Below are positions 43,315 to 53,773 of a DNA stretch of 64,000 nucleotides, piece after piece (within the stretch, counting starts at the first letter, position 1; every line of letters starts with the position of its first letter). Location of the stretch: positions 68,557 to 132,556 of the forward strand of contig JAQVVF010000002.1 of assembly GCA_028699085.1 (NCBI GenBank), in the 5' to 3' direction. The notes beneath the pieces were generated by a model that had not been told where the DNA came from, did no database searches, and worked only from the letters and a program-made list of their open reading frames with translations. The position numbers and the translations under genes are program-made. Source of the DNA: Patescibacteria group bacterium. GTDB lineage: Bacteria; Patescibacteriota; JABMPQ01; JAQVVF01.

Positions 43315-43836
43315 ATGAAAATAATTATTGGTCTAGGCAATCCAGGTGAAAAATATAATAACACTCGTCACAATGTTGGCTTTCAAACTTTAAACATATT
43401 AGCAAAAAAGCTGGATCTAAATTTTAGTTTAGAAAAAAAATTCAATGCTGAAATTGCTCAGACTACTCTAAAAGACGAAAAAACAATTCTTGCCAAACCA
43501 CAAACTTTTATGAATAATTCCGGTCTTTCAGTTCAAGCTCTTGTTTCATTTTACAAAATTGATCCTAAAAAAGATCTAATTATAATTTACGACGACATTG
43601 ATTTGCTAATTGGTGAAATCAGAACTTCTGGACAATCTTCTGGCGGTCATAACGGCATGCAATCAATTATTCAATCATTAGGAACAAATGAAATAAAACG
43701 CTTTAGAATCGGTATTTTAAATTTGCCAAAAGAACAGATTTCCAAAACTTCTAATTATGTTCTTGGAAATTTTTCGAAAAAAGAGCAAGACATTATTAGT
43801 AAAAGTATAGGCCAAGTCATTGAAGAAATTGTTTAA
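43315..43836 (+). CDS. pth: Peptidyl-tRNA hydrolase
   Basis: IIGLGNPGEKYNNTRHNVGF and GGHNGM motifs. Confidence 0.96.
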   Translation: MKIIIGLGNPGEKYNNTRHNVGFQTLNILAKKLDLNFSLEKKFNAEIAQTTLKDEKTILAKPQTFMNNSGLSVQALVSFYKIDPKKDLIIIYDDIDLLIGEIRTSGQSSGGHNGMQSIIQSLGTNEIKRFRIGILNLPKEQISKTSNYVLGNFSKKEQDIISKSIGQVIEEIV

Positions 43837-43845
43837 AACAGAATA

Positions 43846-43873
43846 AAAAATCGCAATAATGCGATTTTATTTT
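43846..43873 (+). terminator. Rho-independent terminator after pth
   Basis: ATCGCA (43850-55) pairs with TGCGAT (43860-65) around loop ATAA, followed by TTTTATTTT. Confidence 0.75.
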
Positions 43874-43900
43874 ATAATTTAATCATGCTTTATCCATTTT

Positions 43901-43988
43901 CCTGTCTGCAAGCCTAAGCAAAAGCTTAAATTATAGCTACTCACAAAACTTAAGGAGGGATAGTTTTGCTTTGGCAACTCGCAGACAG
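43901..43988 (+). ncRNA. Candidate structured RNA element (about 88-nt extended hairpin) in the pth-mfd spacer; identity unknown
   Basis: CTGTCTGC (43902-09) pairs with GCAGACAG (43981-88). AAGCAAAA (43915-22) pairs with TTTTGCTT (43965-72). CTTAA pairs with TTAAG near the apex. An AAGGAGGG sequence is embedded in the 3' arm. Strand is unproven. Confidence 0.3.
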
Positions 43989-44088
43989 AAAAATGAAAAA
44001 AACTTTTTCATAACATATTAGCAAATGGAAAAAAAATGTCAAGATTCGAAATCTTGCCAAAAAGATAAAAATATGCTATCCTCTACCC

Positions 44089-47000
44089 ATGCTAGAACAA
44101 CTAGCCAAAACGCTTTCTTCAAACAAAAAAACGGTTTTTACCGGCATTTGTGAACAAGCAAAGCCATACATTATTACCAAGCTGATACCCCCAGAAAATC
44201 AAAATCAGCCGATTTTTTATTTTGTAAAAAATCATCAACTTGCATTATTCACATATTATAATCTAAAAAACTGGCAACACAATACCATAGCCAGAATTTT
44301 CAAACCAATCGAAGAAAAATCACTAAATCTAGACAATGAAAAAATACGACAAAATTTCATAGAAAAACAAAATTTTTTATCAGATATATCAGAAAATAAG
44401 CCTGGATTTTATGTTATTCCAATCGAACATATTGATAGCTCATGTCCAAAGATTAACAATTTTGAAAAAAATTTCTCAAGTGCTACAAAAAATGAGCTTA
44501 TAGATCCAAATGATTTAGCAAAAGATCTAACTTCTCAAGGATATGAACGAGCAACAAATGCCGTCTCAAAAGGATACTTTTCTAAGAAAGGCGGTCTTAT
44601 CGAAATATTTCCAATCAACAAAAAATATCCAGTCAGAATAGAATTTATTGGTAATAGAATTGAAGAAATTCAACTCTTTGATCCAAAAAATAGAAAAGGA
44701 TTAGAAAAAATTGATTTAATATTTATTCCACCTATCAAGACCAATGACAGTAACGGCAAGTTATCTGATTATTTAAAATTAACAAAAAAAGCAATTGCTA
44801 TTATTAACGATCCTCAAAGCTTAAAAGAATCCATCGATCCATTTTCTTACAAACCATACCAGCAATTCGAAAAAACAATCAGTGAATTAACACAAATTAT
44901 CATTCAATCTTTTCCTGAAGAAAAAACAATTGATCTTGATTTTTCATCAATTCCAAATTATAGCAACAATTTATTAGCTCTTAAAAAAGATTTACAAAAA
45001 TATCAAGATTTTAAAATAATTATTTTTACCCAAGAAGAAAAAATAATTAAAAAAATATTTGCTAATTTAAATATTGATCCTTCTGAAATAATTTTTGAAA
45101 AAAAAGAATACTTAAAAAATATTACGGGCTTTAAAAGCAATCAACATAAATTACTATTTTTAACTGACAATGAAATAATTCAAGAAAAAACTGAAAATAA
45201 AAAAAGAATTAATGAAGCTTTTATTTCCGAATTAAAAATTAACGACTTTTTAGTTCATGAAGATCATGGTATTTGTTTATTTAAAGGAACAACAAAAAGA
45301 ATTATTGATAAAATTGAAAAAGAATATTTGATTTTGGAATATGCCAATAACGATAAACTTTTTTTGCCAGTTGAATATTCTGAAAAAATAACTAAATATA
45401 TTGGCCAATCACATCCAAAAATCAATCGCCTTCATACTGCTTCTTGGTTAGAATTAAAAAGTAAAATAAAAAAAAGGACTGAAATTATTGCCAAGGATCT
45501 TCTAAAAATTTATGCCAGTCGCGAAAAATCACAAGGCTTTACTTTTTCAGCTGATACAGAGATTCAAAAAGAATTAGAAAATAGTTTTCCATATCAAGAA
45601 ACTCCTGATCAAATAAAAGTCATTAAAGAGGTAAAAGACGATATGGAAAAGAAAAAATCAAAAAAACCAATGGATCGATTAATTTGTGGCGATGTTGGTT
45701 TTGGTAAAACAGAAATCGCGTTACGTGCTGCTTTCAAAGCTACTCAAGATAAAAAACAAGTTGCTATTCTTTGTCCAACAACCATTCTTGCTAAACAACA
45801 TTTTGATAATTTCAAAAATCGATTAGAAAATTTTGATTTAAAAATTGCAGTTATTTCTCGCTTCCAATCAAAATTGCAACAACAAGATATCTTGGAAAAA
45901 TTATCAACTGGACAAATTGATATCATCATTGGTACTCACCGACTATTATCAACTGATATAAAATTTAAAGATTTAGGTCTTCTAATCTTAGACGAGGAAC
46001 AAAGATTCGGTGTTAAACATAAGGAAACAATCAAAAAATTAAAAGCTAATATTGATATTCTGGCATTATCAGCAACTCCAATTCCCAGAACTTTGAATTT
46101 ATCATTATCCGGACTTCGAGATATTAGTATTATCAGCACTCCGCCTCCAGGTAGACAATCAGTAATTAATTACATAAAGCCATATTCTGAAGATACAATC
46201 TATAATGCTTTCAAAAAAGAGCTTGATCGCAATGGCCAGATTTATTTTCTCCATAATAAAGTCCAAACTATCCAGGCTGCAACAGAAAAAATTAAAAATT
46301 TGTTAAAAAAATATAACAAGCCAATTTCAGTTGCCTTCGCTCATGGACAAATGCCAGAAAACAATCTTGAAAAAATCATGGCTGAATTTTACGACAAAAA
46401 AATTGATATTTTGATTGCTTCATCAATTATTGAGAATGGCCTTGATATTCCAAATGTTAATACCATCATTATTGATAATGCTTCCAATTTTGGTCTCGCT
46501 GATTTATATCAGCTAAAAGGAAGAGTCGGAAGAGGACAAAAACAAGCCTTTGCTTACTTTTTGTATAAAAGCACAGAATTAAAAGAAAAAGCAAGACGCA
46601 GATTAGAAGCATTGCTTGAAGCAAAAGAGCTTGGATCTGGTTTTCAATTGGCATTAAGAGATCTTGAAATTAGAGGTGCAGGAAATATTTTAGGTAAAGA
46701 GCAATCTGGCGCTGTCACAACAGTTGGCTTAAATTTATATTGCCGACTACTAAATCAGGCAATTCAAAATCTAAAATCAGGACAAGAAAAGACAACTGAA
46801 GAAAAAATATCGCCAACTCTTGATTTGCCATTATCAGCTTATTTATCTGAAAAAATATTTCCTAATTTTGAAAAAAGATTAAAACTATACCAACAAATTA
46901 CGAATATCGAAAATATTAATGAACTAGAACAACAAAAAAACAATCTGCTCAAAGACATCGTAAATAATAGCGCTGAAGCAAATACTCAAATAAACTACTT

Positions 47001-47274
47001 AAATAATTTATTCTATATATTAGAACTTAAAATTATTGCCCAAAAAGCAAAAGTTAAATATATCAAGACAAAGCAAATTAATCAGCCAGACGGAAAAAAT
47101 TTTAATCGTTTTGTTATTAACTTCATTGGACAAACAAATTACGAAAAAGCATATCAATTAATCAAAAAAAATCCTCAATGGGATATTGAAGATACTGAAA
47201 TAAAAATAAACCAGTCTGATCTTGGACCAGACTGGAAAAATTCATTAAAACAAAGTTTACAATTTTTTATTTAA
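44089..47274 (+). CDS. mfd: Transcription-repair coupling factor
   Basis: CarD/TRCF RNAP-interacting region (FLVHEDHGIC...), helicase motifs GDVGFGKTE and DEEQRFG, and a TRG-like region. Confidence 0.95.
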   Translation: MLEQLAKTLSSNKKTVFTGICEQAKPYIITKLIPPENQNQPIFYFVKNHQLALFTYYNLKNWQHNTIARIFKPIEEKSLNLDNEKIRQNFIEKQNFLSDISENKPGFYVIPIEHIDSSCPKINNFEKNFSSATKNELIDPNDLAKDLTSQGYERATNAVSKGYFSKKGGLIEIFPINKKYPVRIEFIGNRIEEIQLFDPKNRKGLEKIDLIFIPPIKTNDSNGKLSDYLKLTKKAIAIINDPQSLKESIDPFSYKPYQQFEKTISELTQIIIQSFPEEKTIDLDFSSIPNYSNNLLALKKDLQKYQDFKIIIFTQEEKIIKKIFANLNIDPSEIIFEKKEYLKNITGFKSNQHKLLFLTDNEIIQEKTENKKRINEAFISELKINDFLVHEDHGICLFKGTTKRIIDKIEKEYLILEYANNDKLFLPVEYSEKITKYIGQSHPKINRLHTASWLELKSKIKKRTEIIAKDLLKIYASREKSQGFTFSADTEIQKELENSFPYQETPDQIKVIKEVKDDMEKKKSKKPMDRLICGDVGFGKTEIALRAAFKATQDKKQVAILCPTTILAKQHFDNFKNRLENFDLKIAVISRFQSKLQQQDILEKLSTGQIDIIIGTHRLLSTDIKFKDLGLLILDEEQRFGVKHKETIKKLKANIDILALSATPIPRTLNLSLSGLRDISIISTPPPGRQSVINYIKPYSEDTIYNAFKKELDRNGQIYFLHNKVQTIQAATEKIKNLLKKYNKPISVAFAHGQMPENNLEKIMAEFYDKKIDILIASSIIENGLDIPNVNTIIIDNASNFGLADLYQLKGRVGRGQKQAFAYFLYKSTELKEKARRRLEALLEAKELGSGFQLALRDLEIRGAGNILGKEQSGAVTTVGLNLYCRLLNQAIQNLKSGQEKTTEEKISPTLDLPLSAYLSEKIFPNFEKRLKLYQQITNIENINELEQQKNNLLKDIVNNSAEANTQINYLNNLFYILELKIIAQKAKVKYIKTKQINQPDGKNFNRFVINFIGQTNYEKAYQLIKKNPQWDIEDTEIKINQSDLGPDWKNSLKQSLQFFI

Positions 47275-47999
47275 TTTTTTACTTGAATGTTTTCAAGCAA
47301 AGCATCCATGTGCTTTATATTATTTTCAGTATAATAATCTTCTGCTTCTTTTGTTGGAAAAGCTTGACCAGGAGTAATTGTGAATACTTTATTGCCAGCA
47401 GAAAAGAGATACTTGATTCCTAAAATACCATATTTTTGATCAAATTCATCTGTAACTATAACTTTTAAAGCATTAATTTTTTGATCCTTACCAATCATAA
47501 CACTTTCTAATTCTAACAAATTATCTTGGTCAAAATTATAAGTTATAACATCTCTTAGAGATTCTTTTGCATCGTTATTAATAACGCCAACTCCGAATAT
47601 TCCAAAATCATAAAAATCATATTTTCTTTCACCAGGAATATCAATTTGTCTTACCTTTCGACTTTGTTCTAATACTTCAGGATATAAGAAAGAAATTCCT
47701 TGAACATCAAATTCCAACCAATCAGCAGTTACATTTTTGCTCTCATTTAAATTTACATTTTCATTTACAGCAGTATTTTCATTAACATTTACTTTTTGTT
47801 CATTTACCTTAATTTCTTCTATTTTTTTATCTTTCTTTAAACTAATATAGTTCTTAAATTCAATATCACTTGTAACTAAAAAAGCAATTAAATATCCTCC
47901 TAAACCTAAAACCAAAACACCAAAAATTATTCCCAAAACAATTTTTAATGTTTTTTCTCGATTTTGCTTTTTTTGTTCTTGATTTTGTTCGTTAATCAT
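47271..47999 (-). CDS. N-terminally anchored hypothetical protein
   Basis: Single transmembrane segment (IVLGIIFGVLVLGLGGYLIAFLV) then a soluble domain. Its stop overlaps the mfd stop in a shared TTAA. Confidence 0.55.
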   Translation of the reverse strand: MINEQNQEQKKQNREKTLKIVLGIIFGVLVLGLGGYLIAFLVTSDIEFKNYISLKKDKKIEEIKVNEQKVNVNENTAVNENVNLNESKNVTADWLEFDVQGISFLYPEVLEQSRKVRQIDIPGERKYDFYDFGIFGVGVINNDAKESLRDVITYNFDQDNLLELESVMIGKDQKINALKVIVTDEFDQKYGILGIKYLFSAGNKVFTITPGQAFPTKEAEDYYTENNIKHMDALLENIQVKN

Positions 48000-48118
48000 A
48001 AAAAATGATTTAAAATAAATTATCTAACAGTATAATTTATTTTTGGCTTTTTGTCAACAGTTTGTTTATAACCTACTTTTTTGCTACCATAAAACAAATA
48101 GTCAATTTTGTAAAATCT

Positions 48119-49210
48119 ATGAATAATGACCTCAAATACTGGAATGCTCTAAATCAAAATTTAAAAATTGGTGCCAGAAGATTCAAAAAAATATATAACT
48201 ATTTTTCCGACATGGAACAAGCCTGGCATGCCGATTCATTAGAATTAAGCAAAGCTGGCTTAGAAGATAAAGTCATAGATTATATTCTAGTAAAAAGACC
48301 AACCATTTCAATAGATTTTGAAATGGAAAGATTAGAAAAAGAAAATATCCAAATCATTACAATCAAAGATAAAAAATACCCAAAATTGCTCAAAGAAATT
48401 TATGACCCGCCTGCTCTACTCTATGTCCGAGGCGAATTAAAAGAGCAAGACGAATTTGCCATCAGCGTTGTTGGCACTAGAAAAATTTCTCAATACGGTA
48501 AACAAGTTGTTCCTGATATTGTCCATGAATTAGCAAGCAACAAAATCACAATAATATCTGGTTTAGCACTTGGAACTGATACTTTTGCTCATCAAGCAGC
48601 AATTGCTGCCCAAGGTCGAACTATCGCAGTCTTAGGATCAGGACTCGATCGGCAACATATTTACCCGTATTGCAACAAATCTCTTTCTGAAATTATTTCT
48701 CAACATGGAGCAATAATTTCCGAATATCCATTGGGTACCTTGCCACTAAAACAACATTTTCCTGCTCGTAATAGGATTGTATCTGGCATGTCACTTGGGA
48801 TATTAATAATTGAAGCACCAATGGATTCTGGCGCTTTGATTACAGCTAAATTTGGTTTAGAACATAATCGAGATATCTTTTCGATTCCTGGCAGTATTTA
48901 TTCTGAAAACTCAAAAGGACCAAATAATTTAATTAAACAAGGTGCAAAATTAATTACTTGTGCCCAAGATATCTTAGATGAACTTAATCTATCGCTTGCA
49001 ACTTCATATCAACAAACCAAAAAAATTGTTCCAGAAAGCAAAGAAGAAGAAATCTTATTAAATATAATTACCAAAGAACCTCTTCACATTGACAAAATAG
49101 TTCAGCAATCCAAAATGCCTGCTTCACAAGTTAGTGCATCTTTAACAATAATGGAGATGAAAGGTAAAGTTCGTAATTTAGGAGCAATGAATTATGTATT
49201 AGCCAGATGA
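48119..49210 (+). CDS. dprA: DNA processing protein DprA
   Basis: Rossmann-like core VVGTRKIS.YG...IISGLALGTDT.AH and FPARNRIVSG. The start is taken at ATG 48119. Confidence 0.92.
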   Translation: MNNDLKYWNALNQNLKIGARRFKKIYNYFSDMEQAWHADSLELSKAGLEDKVIDYILVKRPTISIDFEMERLEKENIQIITIKDKKYPKLLKEIYDPPALLYVRGELKEQDEFAISVVGTRKISQYGKQVVPDIVHELASNKITIISGLALGTDTFAHQAAIAAQGRTIAVLGSGLDRQHIYPYCNKSLSEIISQHGAIISEYPLGTLPLKQHFPARNRIVSGMSLGILIIEAPMDSGALITAKFGLEHNRDIFSIPGSIYSENSKGPNNLIKQGAKLITCAQDILDELNLSLATSYQQTKKIVPESKEEEILLNIITKEPLHIDKIVQQSKMPASQVSASLTIMEMKGKVRNLGAMNYVLAR

Positions 49211-49296
49211 AAATTTGACTTATTCCATAAAAAGATTATTGTAGAAAATATACAATAAAAATATTTTTTACTTTTAAAATTTTACTTTTAAAATTT

Positions 49297-51540
49297 ATGC
49301 CTAAGTTAGTTATAGTTGAGTCGCCTACAAAAGCCAGAACAATAACTCGTTTTTTACCAAAAAAAGATTATATTATCGAATCTTCTTACGGCCATATCCG
49401 CGATCTCCCCAAAGCAGAATTAGGAGTTGATGTTGAAAATAATTTTGAACCAAAATATATTATTCCAACAAAAGCTAAAAAACAAGTCAGCATTTTAAAA
49501 AAAGAAACTAAAAAAGCTGATAGCGTGATACTTGCAACTGATGAAGACCGCGAAGGAGAAGCAATCGCCTGGCATCTCGTTAAGGCTCTCGATCTAGATC
49601 AAGACAAAGCTGATCGTATTGTTTTTCATGAAATTACCGAAAAAGCGATTCTTAATGCTTTAAAAAAGCCTCGAAAAATAAATTTAGATTTAGTCGATGC
49701 TCAACAAGCACGACGTATTTTAGATAGATTAGTTGGCTACAAACTATCGCCTTTTTTATGGAAAAAAATTAGACGCGGATTATCAGCTGGACGTGTTCAA
49801 TCTGTTGCTGTCCGCTTAATTGTTGATAAAGAGAGAGAAAGAGAAAAATTTAAAGAACAAGAATATTGGCAAATAGAAGCAGAACTAAAGAAAAAAAACG
49901 CTAAAGAATCATTTCTAGCAAGATTAATTAAAAAAGACGAAACAATCTTCAAGAAATTAGACATTAAAAATAAAGAACAAGCCGACAAAATTGTTACTGA
50001 TCTTAATAATGCAGAATATTTAGTATCAGATATTATAAAAAAAGAAATCAGAAAATCTCCAACTCCTCCATTTACAACCAGTACTTTGCAACAAGAAGCT
50101 TCAAAAAAATTAGGCTATTCTGCAAAACAAACAATGATGCTTGCTCAACAACTCTACGAAGGTATTAATATTGATGGTAAATCAACAGGCTTGATTACAT
50201 ACATGAGAACAGATTCTGTTAACTTAGCTGAAGATGCTTTAGCTGAAGCAAAAAATGTTATTGAACAAAAATATAGTTCAGAATATTCTCTATCTGAACC
50301 AAGACGTTTCAAAACTAAATCAAAAGGCGCGCAAGAAGCACATGAAGCAATCAGACCGACTTCTTTCACTAGAATCCCGGACGAAATACAAAACAGTTTA
50401 GATCCAAAACAGTACAAACTTTACCGCCTAATTTGGCAAAGAGCTCTTGCCTGTCAAATGCAACAAGCAACCCTAGATTCTGTCTCTGTTGATATCAAAG
50501 CAAAAAATTATACCTTCAGATCTAATGGTTCAACAGTCAAATTCGCTGGCTTTTTAAAAGTCTATGCGCAAGATGGAAAATTACCTTTGAAAGAAGTAAT
50601 TTTGCCAGAATTAACAAAAAACGAAATTTTAGATTTTGTAAAGTTACTTCCAGGCAAACATATGACCGAACCGCCTGCTCGCTATTCTGAAGCAACATTG
50701 ATTAAAGCACTAGAAGAACAAGGTATCGGCCGTCCATCAACCTATGCTCCAACCCTCTCCACAATTCAATTACGAAACTATGTTACTAAAGACGAAAACC
50801 GCAAATTCTATCCTACTGAAGTCGGAATTTTAGTTGATGACCTTCTAGTTAAACATTTTCCACAAATTGTCGATATTAAATTTACAGCTTTAATGGAAGA
50901 AAGCTTAGATAAAATTGCAGAAGGTGAAAAAAAATGGCAACCAACTATCAAAGAATTTTATGATCCTTTTGCTAAAAATTTAAAAACCAAAGAAACTGAA
51001 GTTAAAAAATTTGAAGAAGAAACTGGAAAAAAATGTCCAAAATGCGGAAAACCAGTTGTTATCAAATATGGACGTTTTGGGAAATTCCAAGCTTGCTCTG
51101 GCTTTCCAGAATGTAAATTTGCCGAACCAATCGAATCAGAAAAGAAAGAAAAAGAAGAGCTTGAAAAAAAATATGCTGGAGAAAAATGTGAAAAATGCAA
51201 TTCGCCGATGATTATTAAACAAGGACGTTTCGGCCAATTCTTAGCTTGCTCTAAATATCCAGAATGCAAAACAACTAAGCCAATTGAAAAAACAACTGGG
51301 GTCAAATGTCCAAAATGTGGCAAAGGAGATATTATTGAAAAAAGATCAAAACGAGGCAAAACTTTCTTTGCCTGCAACCAATATCCAAAATGCAAAAATG
51401 CCTATTGGAGCAAACCTACTGGCGAAAAATGTCCTAAATGCCAATCACTATTGATTTATGCTACTGATAAAAAAATAAAATGTTCGAGCAAAGAGTGCGA
51501 TTTTACAAAAGATCAGCCAGAAAAAAAAGAAGAAAAATAA
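49297..51540 (+). CDS. topA: DNA topoisomerase I with four C-terminal zinc ribbons
   Basis: TOPRIM region LVIVESPTKA...ATDEDREGEAIAWH, active-site region YMRTDS, and four C..C...C..C modules. Confidence 0.97.
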   Translation: MPKLVIVESPTKARTITRFLPKKDYIIESSYGHIRDLPKAELGVDVENNFEPKYIIPTKAKKQVSILKKETKKADSVILATDEDREGEAIAWHLVKALDLDQDKADRIVFHEITEKAILNALKKPRKINLDLVDAQQARRILDRLVGYKLSPFLWKKIRRGLSAGRVQSVAVRLIVDKEREREKFKEQEYWQIEAELKKKNAKESFLARLIKKDETIFKKLDIKNKEQADKIVTDLNNAEYLVSDIIKKEIRKSPTPPFTTSTLQQEASKKLGYSAKQTMMLAQQLYEGINIDGKSTGLITYMRTDSVNLAEDALAEAKNVIEQKYSSEYSLSEPRRFKTKSKGAQEAHEAIRPTSFTRIPDEIQNSLDPKQYKLYRLIWQRALACQMQQATLDSVSVDIKAKNYTFRSNGSTVKFAGFLKVYAQDGKLPLKEVILPELTKNEILDFVKLLPGKHMTEPPARYSEATLIKALEEQGIGRPSTYAPTLSTIQLRNYVTKDENRKFYPTEVGILVDDLLVKHFPQIVDIKFTALMEESLDKIAEGEKKWQPTIKEFYDPFAKNLKTKETEVKKFEEETGKKCPKCGKPVVIKYGRFGKFQACSGFPECKFAEPIESEKKEKEELEKKYAGEKCEKCNSPMIIKQGRFGQFLACSKYPECKTTKPIEKTTGVKCPKCGKGDIIEKRSKRGKTFFACNQYPKCKNAYWSKPTGEKCPKCQSLLIYATDKKIKCSSKECDFTKDQPEKKEEK

Positions 51541-51548
51541 TTCAATTA

Positions 51549-51571
51549 CCCTAGCAAAACTAGGGTTTTTT
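51549..51571 (+). terminator. Rho-independent terminator after topA
   Basis: CCCTAG-CAAAA-CTAGGG followed by TTTTTT. Confidence 0.8.
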
Positions 51572-51622
51572 ATTAAATTTGACTTGCTTAAAATTTAGAT
51601 TTATGCTAATAATATCAAGTTT

Positions 51623-53773
51623 ATGAACGAAAAAATATTTTTCGACCAAGCTAAACAACTTTACCAAGATAATGAGCTTGAATTAATCAAGAAGGCTTAT
51701 CTTTTTGCAAATCGCTGCCATATTGACCAAATGCGCGAAAGTAAGGAGCCTTTTATTACTCACCCACTTAATGTGGCTCTTTTTTTAATGAAAATGAATC
51801 TTGACGCCACTACAATCGTTGCCGCACTACTACATGATACTGTCGAAGATACATGCATTAAATTAGAGGACATAAAAAAAGAATTTGGCAACGAAGTTGC
51901 TAAATTAGTTTCTGGTGTTACAAAATTAAAACAAGCCGTAATTTACCAAGAAAATATTAAAAGTTATTCAGCTGAAAATATTAGAAGAATGTTTCTAGCA
52001 ATGGCACAAGATATTCGTGTTGTCTTGATCAAATTAGCTGATCGATATCACAACATGGCTACTTTAGATTACAAAGAACCAAAAAAAAGATTAGAAAAAG
52101 CCCGTGAAACACTTGATATTTATGCTCCTTTAGCAAATCGTCTTTGCATGGGTGAACTAAAAGGCCAATTAGAAGACTACGCCTTCCCTATACTAATGCC
52201 AAATGAATATAATTGGGTCAAAGGCTTAACCCAGAAAAAGATTGAAGAACGAAAAAAATACATTGATAAAGTCATAATTGATATAAAAAGAAAACTAAAA
52301 AAAGCAAATTTTAAATATATTGATATTCACGGAAGAGCAAAACATTATTACAGTCTTTATAAAAAATTATTACGCAATAATAAAAATATCAATGAAATTT
52401 ATGATATCGTTGCTTTACGTATAATAGTTAAAGACATTCCAACATGTTATGCCGTGTTAGGTCTTATTCATCAAAATTGGAGACCTTTAATAGGTAGAAT
52501 CAAAGACTATATTGCGTTACCAAAAACAAACGGCTATCAATCTATACATACTACTGTAATCAGACCAGATGGCGAAATCATCGAAATCCAAATTAGAACA
52601 GCAACTATGCACGAAGAAGCAGAACGCGGTATTGCAGCTCACTGGCAGTACGATGAATTAGGTAAGCCAAAAAATCCAGCGAAACTACCAGCTGAAAAAA
52701 TTGCTTGGATTAAAAAATTGACTGATTGGCAAAAAGAGCTGCCAATCAAAAATAGGTCAGAAAAATTTGCTGAATCTCTAAAAATTGATATCTTTAAAGA
52801 TCGCATCTTTGCTTTCACGCCAAAAGGTGACGTTTTAGATTTACCAGAAAACGCAACTCCAATCGACTTTGCTTATCAAGTTCATACTGAAATTGGACAC
52901 AGATGCAAAGAAGTTTGGATTAACGGCCATATTGCTTCATTAGATTATAAAATCAAAAATGGTGACGTTGTTAATATTGTCACCTCATCAATTGCAAAAC
53001 CAAAAAGAGATTGGCTAACTTTTGCTAAAACTAGCATTGCTCAAAGTAAAATTAAAGATTGGTTTAAAAAGGTAGATAAAGACAAAAATATCGCTTACGG
53101 GAAAAGAATTTTAAATATTGAGCTTGCTCAGTTAGGACACAAGCCAATTGAAACCGTACCTAAAACTAAACTTTCTAATGCTTTACAAAAATTAAATTAT
53201 CATGATTTAAATGGCATGCTCGCTGCATTAGGAGAAGGAGAAATCAATTTAAATCAAATCATCAAAGCTATTTATGAAGAAAAGGAATTCTTAGAAAAAG
53301 ATGACAAAAAATTTATTTTCTTTAAAAAAGAACCACAACCAAGAGCAATAATTTCCGAAACTGGCGGGTTTTTAACCAAAATAGCAAAGTGCTGTAATCC
53401 AACGATTAACGATAAAATCAAAGCTCATATCACCAGATCTGAAGGCGCTAGTATTCATAAATATAATTGCCCAGAGTTGCTAAAAGCAGAACAAGGTAGA
53501 ATTGTTGATGCTAAATGGGATACAGATCTAAAAGAAAATTTTCACGCTAAGATTGAAGTCGAAAGCCTTAATCGCATTGGTATGATCAAAGATATATCAA
53601 CACTCTTATCAAATTTTAATATTAATATTGAAAATTTTCACTCAAAACAAAATCCTAAAAAGGATACTTTTATCCTTTGTTTACACCTTGAAATAAAAAA
53701 CCTCGATCAGTTTTTCGAGGTTTTGCATGAAATTTCTAAAATTGAAGGTATAATTGATGTCAGAAAAGTTTAA
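51623..53773 (+). CDS. rel: Bifunctional (p)ppGpp synthetase/hydrolase (RSH family)
   Basis: HD domain (HPLNVA...LLHDTVEDT), synthetase domain (RAKHYYSLYKK...YQSIHT), and TGS and ACT-like C-terminal domains. Confidence 0.95.
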   Translation: MNEKIFFDQAKQLYQDNELELIKKAYLFANRCHIDQMRESKEPFITHPLNVALFLMKMNLDATTIVAALLHDTVEDTCIKLEDIKKEFGNEVAKLVSGVTKLKQAVIYQENIKSYSAENIRRMFLAMAQDIRVVLIKLADRYHNMATLDYKEPKKRLEKARETLDIYAPLANRLCMGELKGQLEDYAFPILMPNEYNWVKGLTQKKIEERKKYIDKVIIDIKRKLKKANFKYIDIHGRAKHYYSLYKKLLRNNKNINEIYDIVALRIIVKDIPTCYAVLGLIHQNWRPLIGRIKDYIALPKTNGYQSIHTTVIRPDGEIIEIQIRTATMHEEAERGIAAHWQYDELGKPKNPAKLPAEKIAWIKKLTDWQKELPIKNRSEKFAESLKIDIFKDRIFAFTPKGDVLDLPENATPIDFAYQVHTEIGHRCKEVWINGHIASLDYKIKNGDVVNIVTSSIAKPKRDWLTFAKTSIAQSKIKDWFKKVDKDKNIAYGKRILNIELAQLGHKPIETVPKTKLSNALQKLNYHDLNGMLAALGEGEINLNQIIKAIYEEKEFLEKDDKKFIFFKKEPQPRAIISETGGFLTKIAKCCNPTINDKIKAHITRSEGASIHKYNCPELLKAEQGRIVDAKWDTDLKENFHAKIEVESLNRIGMIKDISTLLSNFNINIENFHSKQNPKKDTFILCLHLEIKNLDQFFEVLHEISKIEGIIDVRKV

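Noticed and set aside
43901-43988. SRP (4.5S) RNA or 6S RNA
   Set aside because: It lacks the conserved SRP domain IV motifs (GGAA/GNRA tetraloop with flanking AGCA/CAGG-type symmetric loop sequences). It is too short and lacks the central bubble of 6S RNA.
50958-51395. 145-aa minus-strand ORF and small plus-strand ORFs inside topA
   Set aside because: They lie within the topA zinc-ribbon region, and topA is continuous and motif-complete.
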